64,000 bases of DNA from Candidatus Bathyarchaeota archaeon (GCA_963775465.1 CAVZIW010000001.1:1-64000); one strand, 5' to 3'; positions 21,318 through 32,037 are shown, counted from the first letter of the stretch. Translations and numbers: made by a program. The notes: a model not told the origin generated them from the letters alone.

Positions 21318-23756
21318 TTGTGGTTAAAGAGTTTAAAGTTGGTTTTGCATTATGTTTGTTTGGCGTTGTCTGTGAAAGTTGTTTTTTGGTTGCTAGACCT
21401 TAATCCTAAAATCGACAAAGACAATGGGACAACTGAACTGTGGCTGTGGGGAATTAATGCTAGTGGCAATCGAGTGCTAATTATTGACCGCAATTTTATC
21501 AAATATTTCTATGCTTTGGCAGAAGATGCAGTTGATGTTTCGAAGCTTGCAGGAGAAATTAGCAGGATTTTTGGCGAATCAGTTGTGAAAACAGAAATTG
21601 CACGGCGCCGTTTTTTTGGCAAGCCTGTAACTGCAATAAAAGTCTCCTGTAATCCTTCAACTGAAACTAAAAAATTAGCCAAGAAGATTAGAAGTGTCGT
21701 AGGAGTGAGAGATTGCCTCGAAGACGATATTCGCTTCGCTATGAGGTATTTAATCGAATATAACGTAGTTCCTTGTAGTTGGCATGAAGTTATCGTGGAA
21801 GAAGAAAAGAACACCAGGGGGTTGAGGGTTGACAGAGTTTATGCCGCAAAGTCGTTGCCAAAGCACCTAGAAAATGCTTCTGCGGTTCCATTAAGGATTT
21901 TAGCTTTCTCTATGGTTTGTTATAGTAAAGAGGGTTCACCTAAACCCGATCGAAATCCAGTTCTTATGATTTCCACTTCAACCAGCGACGGAGAAGAAAG
22001 ACAGTTTATTGTAAAAGAAGATAAAGAGGATAAGCCTCTGATTGATGCTTTTTTTAAGTACATTCAAGATTTTGACCCAGATGTGATCACAAGCTTTGGC
22101 GGGAATACTTTAGACTGGTCTTATCTTAAAGCTAGAAGTCACAAAATAAAATTGGAAGTCAATTTTGATCGAGCGCAACAGGGTCCTCACAAAAGCGTTT
22201 ATGGTCACATATCAACAACGGGCGTGATTAACCTTGATTTGGCGGATTTCATGGATGTTTTTCCAGAAGTTAAGGTTAAAAGTCTTCGAAATTTCGCCGA
22301 ACATCTAGGTTTAATGAAAGAGCGGCAAAACTGGATTGAAGATATCGAGTTTGCGGATTGGTGGGATGATAAAAAGAAGCGAAATGAATTGTTAAGGTTT
22401 GGATTGGATACTGCACGCAAAGTTCAGGGTGCCTCGAAGTTACTTCTAAATTTTGCAATACAACTTTCAAGTTTAGTTAGCTTGCCTCTGGATCAAGTCA
22501 TGACAGCAGCAACTGGCTTTCGTGTTGAATGGTTCTTAATGAAACATTCTCAAAAAGTAGGTGAATTAATCCCAAAACGGATCGAACAGACTTACATATC
22601 TTATAAGGGCGGGTTGGTTCTCTCGCCTAAACCCGGTTTGCATGAGAATATCGCGGTTTTAGACTTCAAATCAATGTACCCCAACATAATGTTAACCTAT
22701 AACCTATCACCTGACACTTACATTCCTCCAAACGAGCCCAACCCTAAAGAGGGGGTTTATGTCTCTCCAGAATTGGGGCACCGTTTTCGTAAATCGCCTC
22801 CTGGGTTCTATACAGGCGCTCTGACATACCTAATTAATACGCGCGATGCAATTCGCCAGAAGATGAAAGAACTAAATCCAGAACTTGTGGAGTACCGGAT
22901 TTTAGATGCTAGACAAAAAGCTGTTAAAATAATTACAAACGCTACCTATGGCTATGCGGGTTGGGTTAGCGCCAGGTGGTACCTTAAGCCAGTTGCTGAA
23001 GCTGCTTCTGATTGGGGTAGGCATGCAATATTGGAAGCTGAAAAAATGGCGGAAACCGCCGGAATATTAGTCGTTTATGGCGATACAGACAGCTTATTTA
23101 TCAACTATGAGAAAGCAGCAGCAGAAAAACTGCAGGATCAAATTAAACGTGATTTGAAGCTTGAGGTGGAGATTAGCGATGTATATAGGCGAATTTTTTT
23201 CACTGAGGCAAAAAAACGTTATGCTGGATTACGACAGGACGGTAGTCTTGATATAGTTGGGTTGGAGGTTATTCGGGGTGACTGGGCCGAAGTGGCAAAA
23301 AATGTTCAGGAGCATGTTCTGGAAATTATTTTGAAGGAGTCATCACCCAAAGAAGCTGTTAGTTACGTTCGGAATATTGTAAAATCGTTAAGAGAAAAGA
23401 AAGTTCCTTTCCATGATTTGATAATCTGGAAAAATCTAACAAAACCTCCCCAGAACTATGACATTAAAGCGCCACATGTGGAGGCTGCCAAGATGCTGAT
23501 TGAGAAAGGTTGGCGACTCACTGGCGGCGACAAAGTCGGTTATGTTATTTTGAAGGGAAAAGGTAGATTGTATAGTCGGGTTAAACCGTACGTTTTAGCT
23601 GAATACGACGAAGTAGACATTGACTATTACATTACTAATCAGGTTTTGCCTGCAGCGATAAGAATACTGGAGTTGTTTAACTTTACCGTGGAAGATTTTC
23701 TTGAAAAAGAAATTAAAGAAACACAAGAAAGCAGGAGCCTAATGGATTATGTTTAG
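21318..23756 (+). CDS. polB: Family B DNA polymerase (PolB3-like) with degenerate exonuclease motifs
   Basis: DFKSMYP, KIITNATYGY, YGDTDS, KKRYAG; true start probably about 21368-21374. Confidence 0.93.
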   Translation: MWLKSLKLVLHYVCLALSVKVVFWLLDLNPKIDKDNGTTELWLWGINASGNRVLIIDRNFIKYFYALAEDAVDVSKLAGEISRIFGESVVKTEIARRRFFGKPVTAIKVSCNPSTETKKLAKKIRSVVGVRDCLEDDIRFAMRYLIEYNVVPCSWHEVIVEEEKNTRGLRVDRVYAAKSLPKHLENASAVPLRILAFSMVCYSKEGSPKPDRNPVLMISTSTSDGEERQFIVKEDKEDKPLIDAFFKYIQDFDPDVITSFGGNTLDWSYLKARSHKIKLEVNFDRAQQGPHKSVYGHISTTGVINLDLADFMDVFPEVKVKSLRNFAEHLGLMKERQNWIEDIEFADWWDDKKKRNELLRFGLDTARKVQGASKLLLNFAIQLSSLVSLPLDQVMTAATGFRVEWFLMKHSQKVGELIPKRIEQTYISYKGGLVLSPKPGLHENIAVLDFKSMYPNIMLTYNLSPDTYIPPNEPNPKEGVYVSPELGHRFRKSPPGFYTGALTYLINTRDAIRQKMKELNPELVEYRILDARQKAVKIITNATYGYAGWVSARWYLKPVAEAASDWGRHAILEAEKMAETAGILVVYGDTDSLFINYEKAAAEKLQDQIKRDLKLEVEISDVYRRIFFTEAKKRYAGLRQDGSLDIVGLEVIRGDWAEVAKNVQEHVLEIILKESSPKEAVSYVRNIVKSLREKKVPFHDLIIWKNLTKPPQNYDIKAPHVEAAKMLIEKGWRLTGGDKVGYVILKGKGRLYSRVKPYVLAEYDEVDIDYYITNQVLPAAIRILELFNFTVEDFLEKEIKETQESRSLMDYV

Positions 23757-24940
23757 GCTGCTGGAATAGCATCTTTGAAGGTTATAAGTTCAACGTTTAA
23801 GACTGGTTTGACTGCTTCGGAGATACGTGAAGCTACAATACGTCGGATATTTTTGTCACCTGCAATATCTACAATGCGTTGAGTGATGATGCCATCAAAA
23901 ACCGCTGTGTCAACACCCGCTACTTGTTGAAGTTTCTCTGCAAGTTGACTTACGGGTAGACGTTCTATTAATTCAAGCTTTTCGTTGAGCAGTACTGCTT
24001 CAAAGGTACCGACTAAGGCTTTGGCCGCTTGGCTAATCGTGTCAGGTATTTCGATTTTAGCTCTTTCCGGAATTGTGATTTTTTTAGGATGTGGTGTTGG
24101 CGGTGTAGGCTTACCTGAAATTTCGCTAACAAGGACTTTGTTATCTATGGCTTCTGAAATTTCTTTGCAGTTACATTCTTCAATTTCTTTGCCCCTTGGT
24201 GCGCGCCCGACAAATTTAATGTTCGTTACTTGAATAAGCTCTTTTAAGATTAAGTCCCCGCCCCGATCCCCGTCTAATAGTGCGGTGGCAACTTTTTCTT
24301 TAGTAATCTTTCTTATTGAATCAGGAACTTTTGCGCCTTCGAGTGCGACTGTGTTGAAGATCCCGCAGCGCATTAAATTAATTATGTCGGCACGTCCTTC
24401 GACAACGTATATTTCTTTAGATTCTTGTAATGCCGGTCCTGCTGGTAGGTTTTCTGGACCGTACTTTTCAACCTTACCAACTTTCATTGTGCCACTGATT
24501 TCTTTGTAGACTTCGTCTACGCTTGGCATAGATTCAATGTTCCAGCGGTGTAGGATTTCTTTTGCTCGGTCGATGATGATTTTTCGGCGTGCTTCACGAA
24601 TGTCTTCTATTTTTTCTAGGTTTACTTTAGCTGAGCAAGGGCCGACTCGGTTTATGCTTTCGACGCTTGCTGCGATTAATGCAGTGGATACCCGGTCTAA
24701 GCTAGTTGGGATGGTTATTGAACCGTTGGTTCGATCGTTTTTTGAGTGAAGGTCGATTTCGATTCTGCCGATTCTGCCAGTTTTTTGGAGTTCACGTAGG
24801 TCAAGTTCTGATCCGAAAAGTCCTTCTGTTTGACCAAAAACTGCTCCGATAACGTCTGGTTTTTCAACCACGCCTTCAATATCAAATTTGGCATGTACAA
24901 CGTACTTTATAGTAAATGTTTGGGATGCTCCTGTTCCCGT
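23753..24940 (-). CDS. dnaG: Archaeal DnaG (exosome-associated Toprim protein)
   Basis: VEKPDVIGAVFGQTEGL, VVEGRAD, DGDRGG; the conserved N-terminus KYVVHAKFDIEG continues in frame upstream to ACG at 24940. Confidence 0.93.
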   Translation of the reverse strand, partial: TGTGASQTFTIKYVVHAKFDIEGVVEKPDVIGAVFGQTEGLFGSELDLRELQKTGRIGRIEIDLHSKNDRTNGSITIPTSLDRVSTALIAASVESINRVGPCSAKVNLEKIEDIREARRKIIIDRAKEILHRWNIESMPSVDEVYKEISGTMKVGKVEKYGPENLPAGPALQESKEIYVVEGRADIINLMRCGIFNTVALEGAKVPDSIRKITKEKVATALLDGDRGGDLILKELIQVTNIKFVGRAPRGKEIEECNCKEISEAIDNKVLVSEISGKPTPPTPHPKKITIPERAKIEIPDTISQAAKALVGTFEAVLLNEKLELIERLPVSQLAEKLQQVAGVDTAVFDGIITQRIVDIAGDKNIRRIVASRISEAVKPVLNVELITFKDAIPAA

Positions 24941-25294
24941 AAGTGTGACTCTCCTGTAAGTTTATATTTATTTGATTATGTTAATCGCACTAAAGCGAGA
25001 TACTCTCGCAATGATGAGATCTGAATTTTGCTACTGATTTGAATTTAGATGCGTGCTATTTAATATAACTTATGCAAGCTGGATAAGTATCCCGACGCTT
25101 ATTTCCCTTTTTTCTTTTTTGCAAGTCGAGCGATATTAGCTTATTCACTGAAAAAAATACAAAAAACCGAAATTTCCTAATTCATAATTATACAAAAAAG
25201 TTAGGATTGAGTGAAGAAAAAATTACCCTAGCCTGCGTTTGAGGATAACATATTAATTACGTGAGAAACTAGTTTCTATTGAGGAATAAATGAG

Positions 25295-26077
25295 ATGTCA
25301 TTTGTTCAAATTTTTGTTTGGGAGGGTCTTGCTCCAGAGAATAAGAAGAAAATCGTTGAAGTATTGACTAAAGTTTTTGAAGAAATCGAAATTCCAAAGG
25401 AAGCAGTCCAAATCGTCATTTATGAATCTCCGAAGGTAAATTGGGCAACGGGAGGGCAATTACACTCAAAAAGATACCCGAATGTACCCTTGCTTGAAAA
25501 AAAAGAAGATTCAACGGTTGAATCAAATTATTCAAAAATGCCCAATGAAGTCACATCACCTTCTACGGTAAAGAGTATTTCTAACACATTAATACGGAAT
25601 AGAGAATTTGAAGAAGCGTTATTGAGAGCAAAACAGTTGAAGGCTCCTATGGATGAAGAGTTGAAGGCTCCTATGGATGAAGAGTTGAAGGCTCCTATGG
25701 ATGAAGAGTTGAAGGCTCCTATGGATGAAGAGTTGAAGGCTCCTATGGATGAAGAGTTGAAAGCTGTAAATGAAACAGTTATTCTTGAGAACGAGAGAGG
25801 AACCAAACTATATAATGATCGTCTTATTCATGAACGTAAAACTTATTTAATAACAGAAATGAAATGTGCATCAACTAAAGCCGGTTTTATACATTCTTTA
25901 CTTCAAATTCAATTCAAAAATGGCGAAACACACTCTTTTTACGTTGGCAATTTACCAAATACGTCTATAACTAATGCTAATATCAAAGGTTTTAAGATTG
26001 ATTATAACAAGACTGATTTTAAGGAGGCAGCAGAACAGTGGGCTTCACTAATAAACGCATTAATTTCCCTGAGCTGA
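25295..26077 (+). CDS. Tautomerase-like domain fused to tandem repeats and an unknown C-terminal domain
   Basis: N-terminus resembles 4-oxalocrotonate tautomerase (IVIYE....WATGG) but starts MS rather than MP. Confidence 0.7.
   Translation: MSFVQIFVWEGLAPENKKKIVEVLTKVFEEIEIPKEAVQIVIYESPKVNWATGGQLHSKRYPNVPLLEKKEDSTVESNYSKMPNEVTSPSTVKSISNTLIRNREFEEALLRAKQLKAPMDEELKAPMDEELKAPMDEELKAPMDEELKAPMDEELKAVNETVILENERGTKLYNDRLIHERKTYLITEMKCASTKAGFIHSLLQIQFKNGETHSFYVGNLPNTSITNANIKGFKIDYNKTDFKEAAEQWASLINALISLS
25637..25756 (+). repeat. Five perfect 24-bp in-frame tandem repeats (LKAPMDEE)
   Basis: TTGAAGGCTCCTATGGATGAAGAG x5 plus a partial copy. Confidence 0.97.
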
Positions 26078-26582
26078 ATATAAATATCCACACTGCCAAC
26101 TTGTATTCTAAAAGTAATAAATAATTAGTTAAATATTCCTAAATTAATGATTAAAGAAATAAATCTTGATGAACACACACTATTCAAAAGTATCTGAAAA
26201 ACCTGCAATGAATTTTATCAAAAACACGTAACCTTTACAAATACCAATGCCGTAGACGTTAAAGAAATCGACCTATCAACATTAACGGTCCAGGAAGTCT
26301 TAGATAAAATACGCAGCCACATGACACAAGCTCAACCACTTGTCGAACAAGGTTTGAGTACATTACAACTTACGAAGGAAAACAACTATTTACGAATCGG
26401 CAATAATGGAAAAACCGCAAATATCTGGTATAAACAACATTTTTTTAGTAGTACTCCTGGTTTCATAATCAATAATTATCATTTGTCACTGTAGAAAATG
26501 TAAAATATTTTTGATCTGTTCATGTTAACTTGTTTACCCTTTAACTTAAATAACAAGATGAACAAAGAACAATGCGGCGTCC

Positions 26583-27362
26583 ATGAGTCTGCATTTAAAC
26601 CCGGAATATGACAAGCTGCTCCCAAGAATGGCGGATGAAGAATTTGTCCAGCTCAAAGCATCTATAAAAGCTGAAGGACAACACTACCCCATTATCGTGA
26701 ACGAAAACCTTGAGGTGTTAGATGGGCATCATCGCTTTCGAGCCTGTACAGAATTGGGAATTGAACCTGATTTTGAGGTTCGCAAATTCGAGGACAAACT
26801 TTTAGAAAAAAAATTCGTGATAGAAGCTAACCTAAGGCGTCGTCACCTTAACAACTTCCAACTTGTTGAATTGGCTGTGCCTTTGTTAGAGATTGAGAAA
26901 GCCCTTGCAAAGAAGAGGCAGATAAAAGGTGGCCTAAATGGGCGTAATCAGCAGTTGGCGTTAGCGTCAGGTGACGCAGAGCCCGTATTTGAGCCTGAAG
27001 TTAGGGCAAAAGCTACTGAGGTCGTTGCTAAGAAGGCGGGTTTATCCACTAGAACATTTGAACGCGGTAAGAAAATTATAGATAAAGCAAGTGAAGACGA
27101 TAAACAGAAGCTTCGAGAGGGAAAAACCAGCATCTCTAAAGTGTACCAAGAAATAGTATCCAACGAAAATCCTAAGCAAAAAACTGAACCCCTCCAATCT
27201 GGTAGTCATGTGTTGTCTGCTCGGGAGGTACAGAATAAAGAGGAATTATTAGTGCTTTTGAATAAGATGATTAAGCAGGAGCTGTTTTGTCCTGAATGCG
27301 GACATAATATGCTTGAATGTAGCAGCTGCCACAAGACCCTACGGAAACTCTTGAAAGAATAA
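26583..27362 (+). CDS. ParB/Srx N-terminal domain protein with HTH and C-terminal zinc ribbon
   Basis: PIIV...LDGHHRFRA, NLRRRHL, CPECG...CSSC. Confidence 0.85.
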   Translation: MSLHLNPEYDKLLPRMADEEFVQLKASIKAEGQHYPIIVNENLEVLDGHHRFRACTELGIEPDFEVRKFEDKLLEKKFVIEANLRRRHLNNFQLVELAVPLLEIEKALAKKRQIKGGLNGRNQQLALASGDAEPVFEPEVRAKATEVVAKKAGLSTRTFERGKKIIDKASEDDKQKLREGKTSISKVYQEIVSNENPKQKTEPLQSGSHVLSAREVQNKEELLVLLNKMIKQELFCPECGHNMLECSSCHKTLRKLLKE

Positions 27363-28244
27363 GAGAGCTAATAGACTTTTTTAATTGTTTACTGGATTCT
27401 CCTAGATCAGTTTTAAGTTATTTTTTAGGTAGCTTTTCTAATAGATCAAGAAATTTGTTTCTGCAAAATGACAGGGTTTGTTTTAATTTGCTTTTTTGGG
27501 GTTTGTAGTGTCTGTAGGTTGCGATCAAAAAAGATTGGACCTTCTAGTAGTAGACAAATGAATAAGAAAAATATGGAAAAAGCCTACATAGTTGAACAAT
27601 TGCCTACGAGCGGATATTCTTAATCTATACCCCGAGCAGTTTAAGCGGTTCAAAATGGTTAAGAAAGATCAGATTATTTCGTCTTCTTTTCGGTGTGTTT
27701 TACTGTTTTATCAATATATGTTCCAATAAATCGGAAATTCTAATTAAAAAAGCTTTTTTGCAGAATTTGTCTCATATTCAAGAATATATATTCAATATAA
27801 ATAGATCTTCAAATATTATCCTTGGGAATCTCGGTTAACTTTGACACAATCTAAAAGGATTGGGAAGAGAGAGGGGGAACATGACCTTTTTCGCTTGTGC
27901 CTCAGTTAACCGTGGATTCTCCAGACGCAGTGAACTATTGCATCCTCTGCGTGGCTACTAGCAAGTAGTATCATTTGTTTCATAAAAAATGATGTGACTG
28001 TACTCACACTACAACAAGCTGTTTACTTTTCCTTCCGATATTTTTGAAATGGACAAATTAATTGCTTTCTTGGGACCCATCGGTGAATTAATTCCAAAGT
28101 TTTTAACTGCTCAACCTAAAATCTGGTTGAGGTATCACCTGCTAAAATAAACACTAATTTATCCAACCAATCGCCTCAAACTGCAAACTCAACGTTCAGA
28201 GTACGGTTTAGCTTTTGCCTAAAATAAAAGGAGGCGTTGGTGAT

Positions 28245-29024
28245 TTAGTTTAAGTCGTCGTTTTCTATTTTTCTAGCCATTTCGCCTAGAATCTTTGTAA
28301 AGGGGTGATCAGGTTTGTCTTGAACAAAAATCAAGTTGCCTTCGTTTCTTAGGATTTCGCAGAAACATGGCATTATTCCTAAAAGTGGAACCTGATAGTC
28401 TGTTTTAATTTTGTTCTTCATTTCAGTCTTTTTTGCTGTTATTGAAGGGTCGAGAACTTTGTTTAATACTAATCCAGTTTTCTTTTCAAATAGGTTGTAG
28501 AGTTCTATTAGCATTCGTTTTGTTCCGTCTACGTCTGAGCGGTCGCCTGTTGTTGCTACAACCACGAAGTCAGCTGCTACAATAGCGTTAATCGATGAGT
28601 ATTGAAGTCCGGGGCTTGTGTCAAAGACTAAGTAATCGAATTTATTGTTTTTTAGTAAACTCTCTTTTAATGCCAAAAGTTTTCCAAGAGCATGCATTTC
28701 CCATTTTCGATCCTTTGAGGACATATCGCGTATTGCTTCGGTGGCTGGATTAGCTAAGCAAGCGTAAAATTCTCCTCCTCCAGTCACTTTGTCGCTCATG
28801 TTAACTAAGGCCTTATTAATTTCACAGTTGCCGTTTAAGTAATCATTAAGCCAGCATTCCATCTCTCGAGCTTTCAGAATGGCGAAAAGACTTGGCGCTC
28901 TGAAGTCAAGATCAAATATACATACTTTTTTACCCATCTTGGTAAAAGTAGCGGCCAAATTCACTGACATGGATGTTTTTCCTGTTCCACCTTTGTAGGA
29001 GTGTACGGCAATAATTTTGGTCAT
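28245..29024 (-). CDS. MinD/ParA-family ATPase
   Basis: Deviant Walker A KGGTGKT, DLD, DTSPG; start set at MTKIIAVHS. Confidence 0.9.
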   Translation of the reverse strand: MTKIIAVHSYKGGTGKTSMSVNLAATFTKMGKKVCIFDLDFRAPSLFAILKAREMECWLNDYLNGNCEINKALVNMSDKVTGGGEFYACLANPATEAIRDMSSKDRKWEMHALGKLLALKESLLKNNKFDYLVFDTSPGLQYSSINAIVAADFVVVATTGDRSDVDGTKRMLIELYNLFEKKTGLVLNKVLDPSITAKKTEMKNKIKTDYQVPLLGIMPCFCEILRNEGNLIFVQDKPDHPFTKILGEMARKIENDDLN

Positions 29025-29029
29025 TTTAT

Positions 29030-29416
29030 TCAACTCTGTGTTTCTCTTTCTATGAAAAAGTAGGCTTTTCTGCCTTTCCTCTCTTTCTTTAAGTATCCCA
29101 TAATTACTAGCTGGTTTAGATATGCACTTTCGACTGCTCGGGCTCTTTTTGTTTGTTCTGCTATTTCTTCGGCTGTAGCTCTTGTACATCTACAAATTGT
29201 CATGGCTGTTTTACGGAGGTGATCAGGCATGGAGAGCAGTGTCATAACATCTAACGATGCATCTGGTAAGGTCGGGGTATTTTTTAGGTTATTTCCTGTG
29301 TTGTTTTTTTGAATTTCTATCATTACTTCCATTTTATCGTTAAGTTTCTCGAGGCTGGTTTCAATTTTTTCTAGAATGTTTAAGGGCTTTTTGCTTGACA
29401 GATCGTTTCTTATCAC
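29030..29416 (-). CDS. Winged-HTH regulator with N-terminal coiled coil
   Basis: ATAEEIAEQTKRARAVESAYLNQLV..GYL. Confidence 0.8.
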   Translation of the reverse strand: MIRNDLSSKKPLNILEKIETSLEKLNDKMEVMIEIQKNNTGNNLKNTPTLPDASLDVMTLLSMPDHLRKTAMTICRCTRATAEEIAEQTKRARAVESAYLNQLVIMGYLKKERKGRKAYFFIERETQS

Positions 29417-29588
29417 ATAGTTTCCCCGAGTTGTTTTGTTTTTCAGGTGTACAGTTGGTATTTAGATGTGTGCAATTTATTAAGTCTTGCGATACATAAG
29501 TACTGATTATTAAACATAACATAAAACAGACAAAATAATCCTGAAAGTAAAAGAACAAAAAATATTCATTTGGTTAAAGTTTAGGAAT

Positions 29589-29882
29589 TTAGTAGGGAAT
29601 AGGAACGTGACTTCTTGCTTCCTCTACTATCGGCAAAACTTGTTTTAGCTCTTTGAAATATTTCAAAACAGTAATGCCTCGTTGCGTAACCGCAAAAACT
29701 ACACGCGATTTGCCAATGGTCCGTTCTTCAACTAAACCTTGCTTCAAAAGAAACTCCAAATATTCCTTAAGAACGCTGCAATTTACGTTAGCCTTGTACA
29801 TAACATGAGTTAGTTTCAATGGTCCTCTTTGGGCAAGGACTGTAAGGATATCAATGTACATTTCGAGTTTTGATCGACGCAC
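29589..29882 (-). CDS. Archaeal winged-HTH regulator
   Basis: RRSKLEMYIDIL...THVMYKANVN...YLEFL...TQRG. Confidence 0.85.
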   Translation of the reverse strand: MRRSKLEMYIDILTVLAQRGPLKLTHVMYKANVNCSVLKEYLEFLLKQGLVEERTIGKSRVVFAVTQRGITVLKYFKELKQVLPIVEEARSHVPIPY

Positions 29883-30531
29883 TTAATACATCTCTTTTTC
29901 ACATAGTTATTTGTTTGATTATAAATCATTTATGGGCTTCTAAATCTGCAATTCTACATGGTAACTGGTTAGTCTGCTGTCTTTTCGGTAGATATGTTTA
30001 ACACATTTATTCTATTTTCGAAGGCAGTGACTAGGTCATCTAGCAATATTTCACGCAATTCGGTTGACAAACAATTGATTTTTTCATCGAAAACGTCTGA
30101 AAACTTTGTCTCCAATTCCTTCCTGTCTTTAACCGCAAGTTGCTTCATACACTGTTCTCCATTACATTAATAGTTGAGAGAATGTCTGAAGAAATATAAC
30201 TGGCTTATGAAAGTAAAATCTGAATTTTAAATTAATTCATTTGGACCTCAAAACGATTAAAAATTATTCGGCAATCTTTTTGAAAAAACTCTCCTCCTCT
30301 ATTATTTAAGTTCTGATTTCTGAGCTTGAGTTATAGGCACGGGATCAATGGGTTCCTTACAAAAAACATTCAAACTGAGTGAATATTGATTCATAATCGA
30401 TGTTGGTTATGACGTTTTGATGTTAATGTGTTGTCACTTGTCGTAATCACATACTAATATTAAGCGGCTGTAACTCATTTACAATAGATAAAAATGTTTT
30501 AATAAGCATTCTAATCTAGGACGTTTTTTAT

Positions 30532-30768
30532 TTGTTTAGCACTGTTAAAGAAAAATCCTGGAGTGTTCAGCTTGTCAAAGGGTATGTCTTGAACGACGAA
30601 GTTCGAGCAGAGCGATGTTTAAACTGCAAATCAACAACACAAGTTTTAGCCGCTAGTTATCACAACCCTAATCTTCTACTATACGGATGCAGCAATAGCA
30701 AATGCAAACATAGACTTTTGCGTCTTGATTTTGACAAGCAAACTCCAACTAGACTGTTGCAGGAATAA
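30532..30768 (+). CDS. Small putative zinc-finger protein
   Basis: CLNC and CSNSKC. Confidence 0.45.
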   Translation: MFSTVKEKSWSVQLVKGYVLNDEVRAERCLNCKSTTQVLAASYHNPNLLLYGCSNSKCKHRLLRLDFDKQTPTRLLQE

Positions 30769-30833
30769 TTCAATCAACAGGATTTTATAAATTGGGTCGA
30801 ACCTAAACCGGTTCAAGACTTTCAATTCTATTT

Positions 30834-31484
30834 CTATACATTTTTGAGGTAACTGATTAACTGTTGAAATTCTCCTGTTTTTTTCATTTGACCCTTTTGT
30901 AGCATTTCGGTTAAGTTAGACTTGATGTAGAGTCCACCTCGGGGATACAGCTCACGGGCAACCAAGGTAAAGACTTTGCAGTTTTCTTTTCCTATTGCAT
31001 TTTCTTTAAATCGATATTTGTAAGGAGTTTTGGGTGGCAACAAAGTTTCAGATAGAACGATAACACCAAAATTCCTTACTTTTGTCTTTGCTTCTAGCTC
31101 GTTAAATCTAAAACGTAGAACTTTGTTTGGATCTTCCCGTTTCCCGTTTTCTAAAATCTTACCGCCGACGGAATTGTTCTTAATCTCCATTATCATTCTC
31201 ACGTTGTTAAAAGTGTAGGTTTCTTGGTTTGGGTCTACGTCTTTTTTTAAAAGAAGAAGTGCGTTTTTTATTTTGGAACCTTGAAGCACGATTTTCGGAT
31301 TCATCGAAAGGTTAAGAGTCCTTCTTAAAAGGTGATTGCGAATGACTATTTCTGCTGGACTTCCAAATTTCTCGCGCAATGTTCTGTCGTTCTTTTGTTT
31401 CCAAAATTCTTCACTAACTTCGATTAGAAGTGTGTATTCTTCATCATTAGCTGATAGTATTGGTTTCTTGGAATAATTTGGCAT
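30834..31484 (-). CDS. Hypothetical protein, possibly PD-(D/E)xK fold
   Basis: FG..AE..IR helix and MEIK motif. Confidence 0.6.
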   Translation of the reverse strand: MPNYSKKPILSANDEEYTLLIEVSEEFWKQKNDRTLREKFGSPAEIVIRNHLLRRTLNLSMNPKIVLQGSKIKNALLLLKKDVDPNQETYTFNNVRMIMEIKNNSVGGKILENGKREDPNKVLRFRFNELEAKTKVRNFGVIVLSETLLPPKTPYKYRFKENAIGKENCKVFTLVARELYPRGGLYIKSNLTEMLQKGQMKKTGEFQQLISYLKNV

Positions 31485-31767
31485 TATTAGAACATTACCT
31501 CTTCAACATAAAAAATCTTAATTTTCTAGAAAAAATCGCGATAACCATTCGCCAAGTAAATGTTATCTCCATCGAGCTAATTATGGTTAAGAGGAAACCA
31601 CTTAACAAATAAACTGTAAAAAGAATTGGTGCTCCATGTCTAACTTGATTTAGATTATTGAGATCCTTATAAACATAGACTTTAGCGAAGTCATCCCCGT
31701 CGGAACCCTTAAAGTCTACTTATATTGATGCAGAGGGTGGATTCGAAGCGCTAGTTAACATGCATTT

Positions 31768-32037
31768 TTATTCGAATTTGTAGTGTTTACTAATTCTGTC
31801 TTTAATATTCCATATGCAGTTTAATCCTTGAGGAAAAACCACATAGTCACCAGCACTAAACTCCACCTCACCTTCGGAGCAACTTACGACGGCTTTTCCT
31901 TTGAGTATTAGGCAAGTTTCTTTTTCGTCATATTCCCATGGAAATGTTGATCGTTCTTTTTCCCAAATCGGCCAGCCTTCAGCTTCATGTTTTTCTTCAG
32001 AAGTTGGCTTTTTAACTGTCGGTTTCATCTTCTCCAC
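31768..32037 (-). CDS. Cupin (DUF861 / cupin_3)
   Basis: WPIWEKE.STFPWEY...ETC, GDYVVFP.G..C.W, KHY. Confidence 0.85.
   Translation of the reverse strand: MEKMKPTVKKPTSEEKHEAEGWPIWEKERSTFPWEYDEKETCLILKGKAVVSCSEGEVEFSAGDYVVFPQGLNCIWNIKDRISKHYKFE

Noticed and set aside
25637-25756. Possible CRISPR array
   Set aside because: Contiguous repeats with no spacers, in frame within a CDS, and no cas genes nearby.
27363-28244. Replication origin or parS array
   Set aside because: No ORB-like boxes, no adjacent cdc6/orc1 gene and no convincing iterated motif.
31726-31750. tRNA 3'-end-like fragment (TGATGCAGAGGGTGGATTCGAA) as a second att site
   Set aside because: Too short and degenerate, and it does not match the tRNA-Gly or any other repeat in the window.
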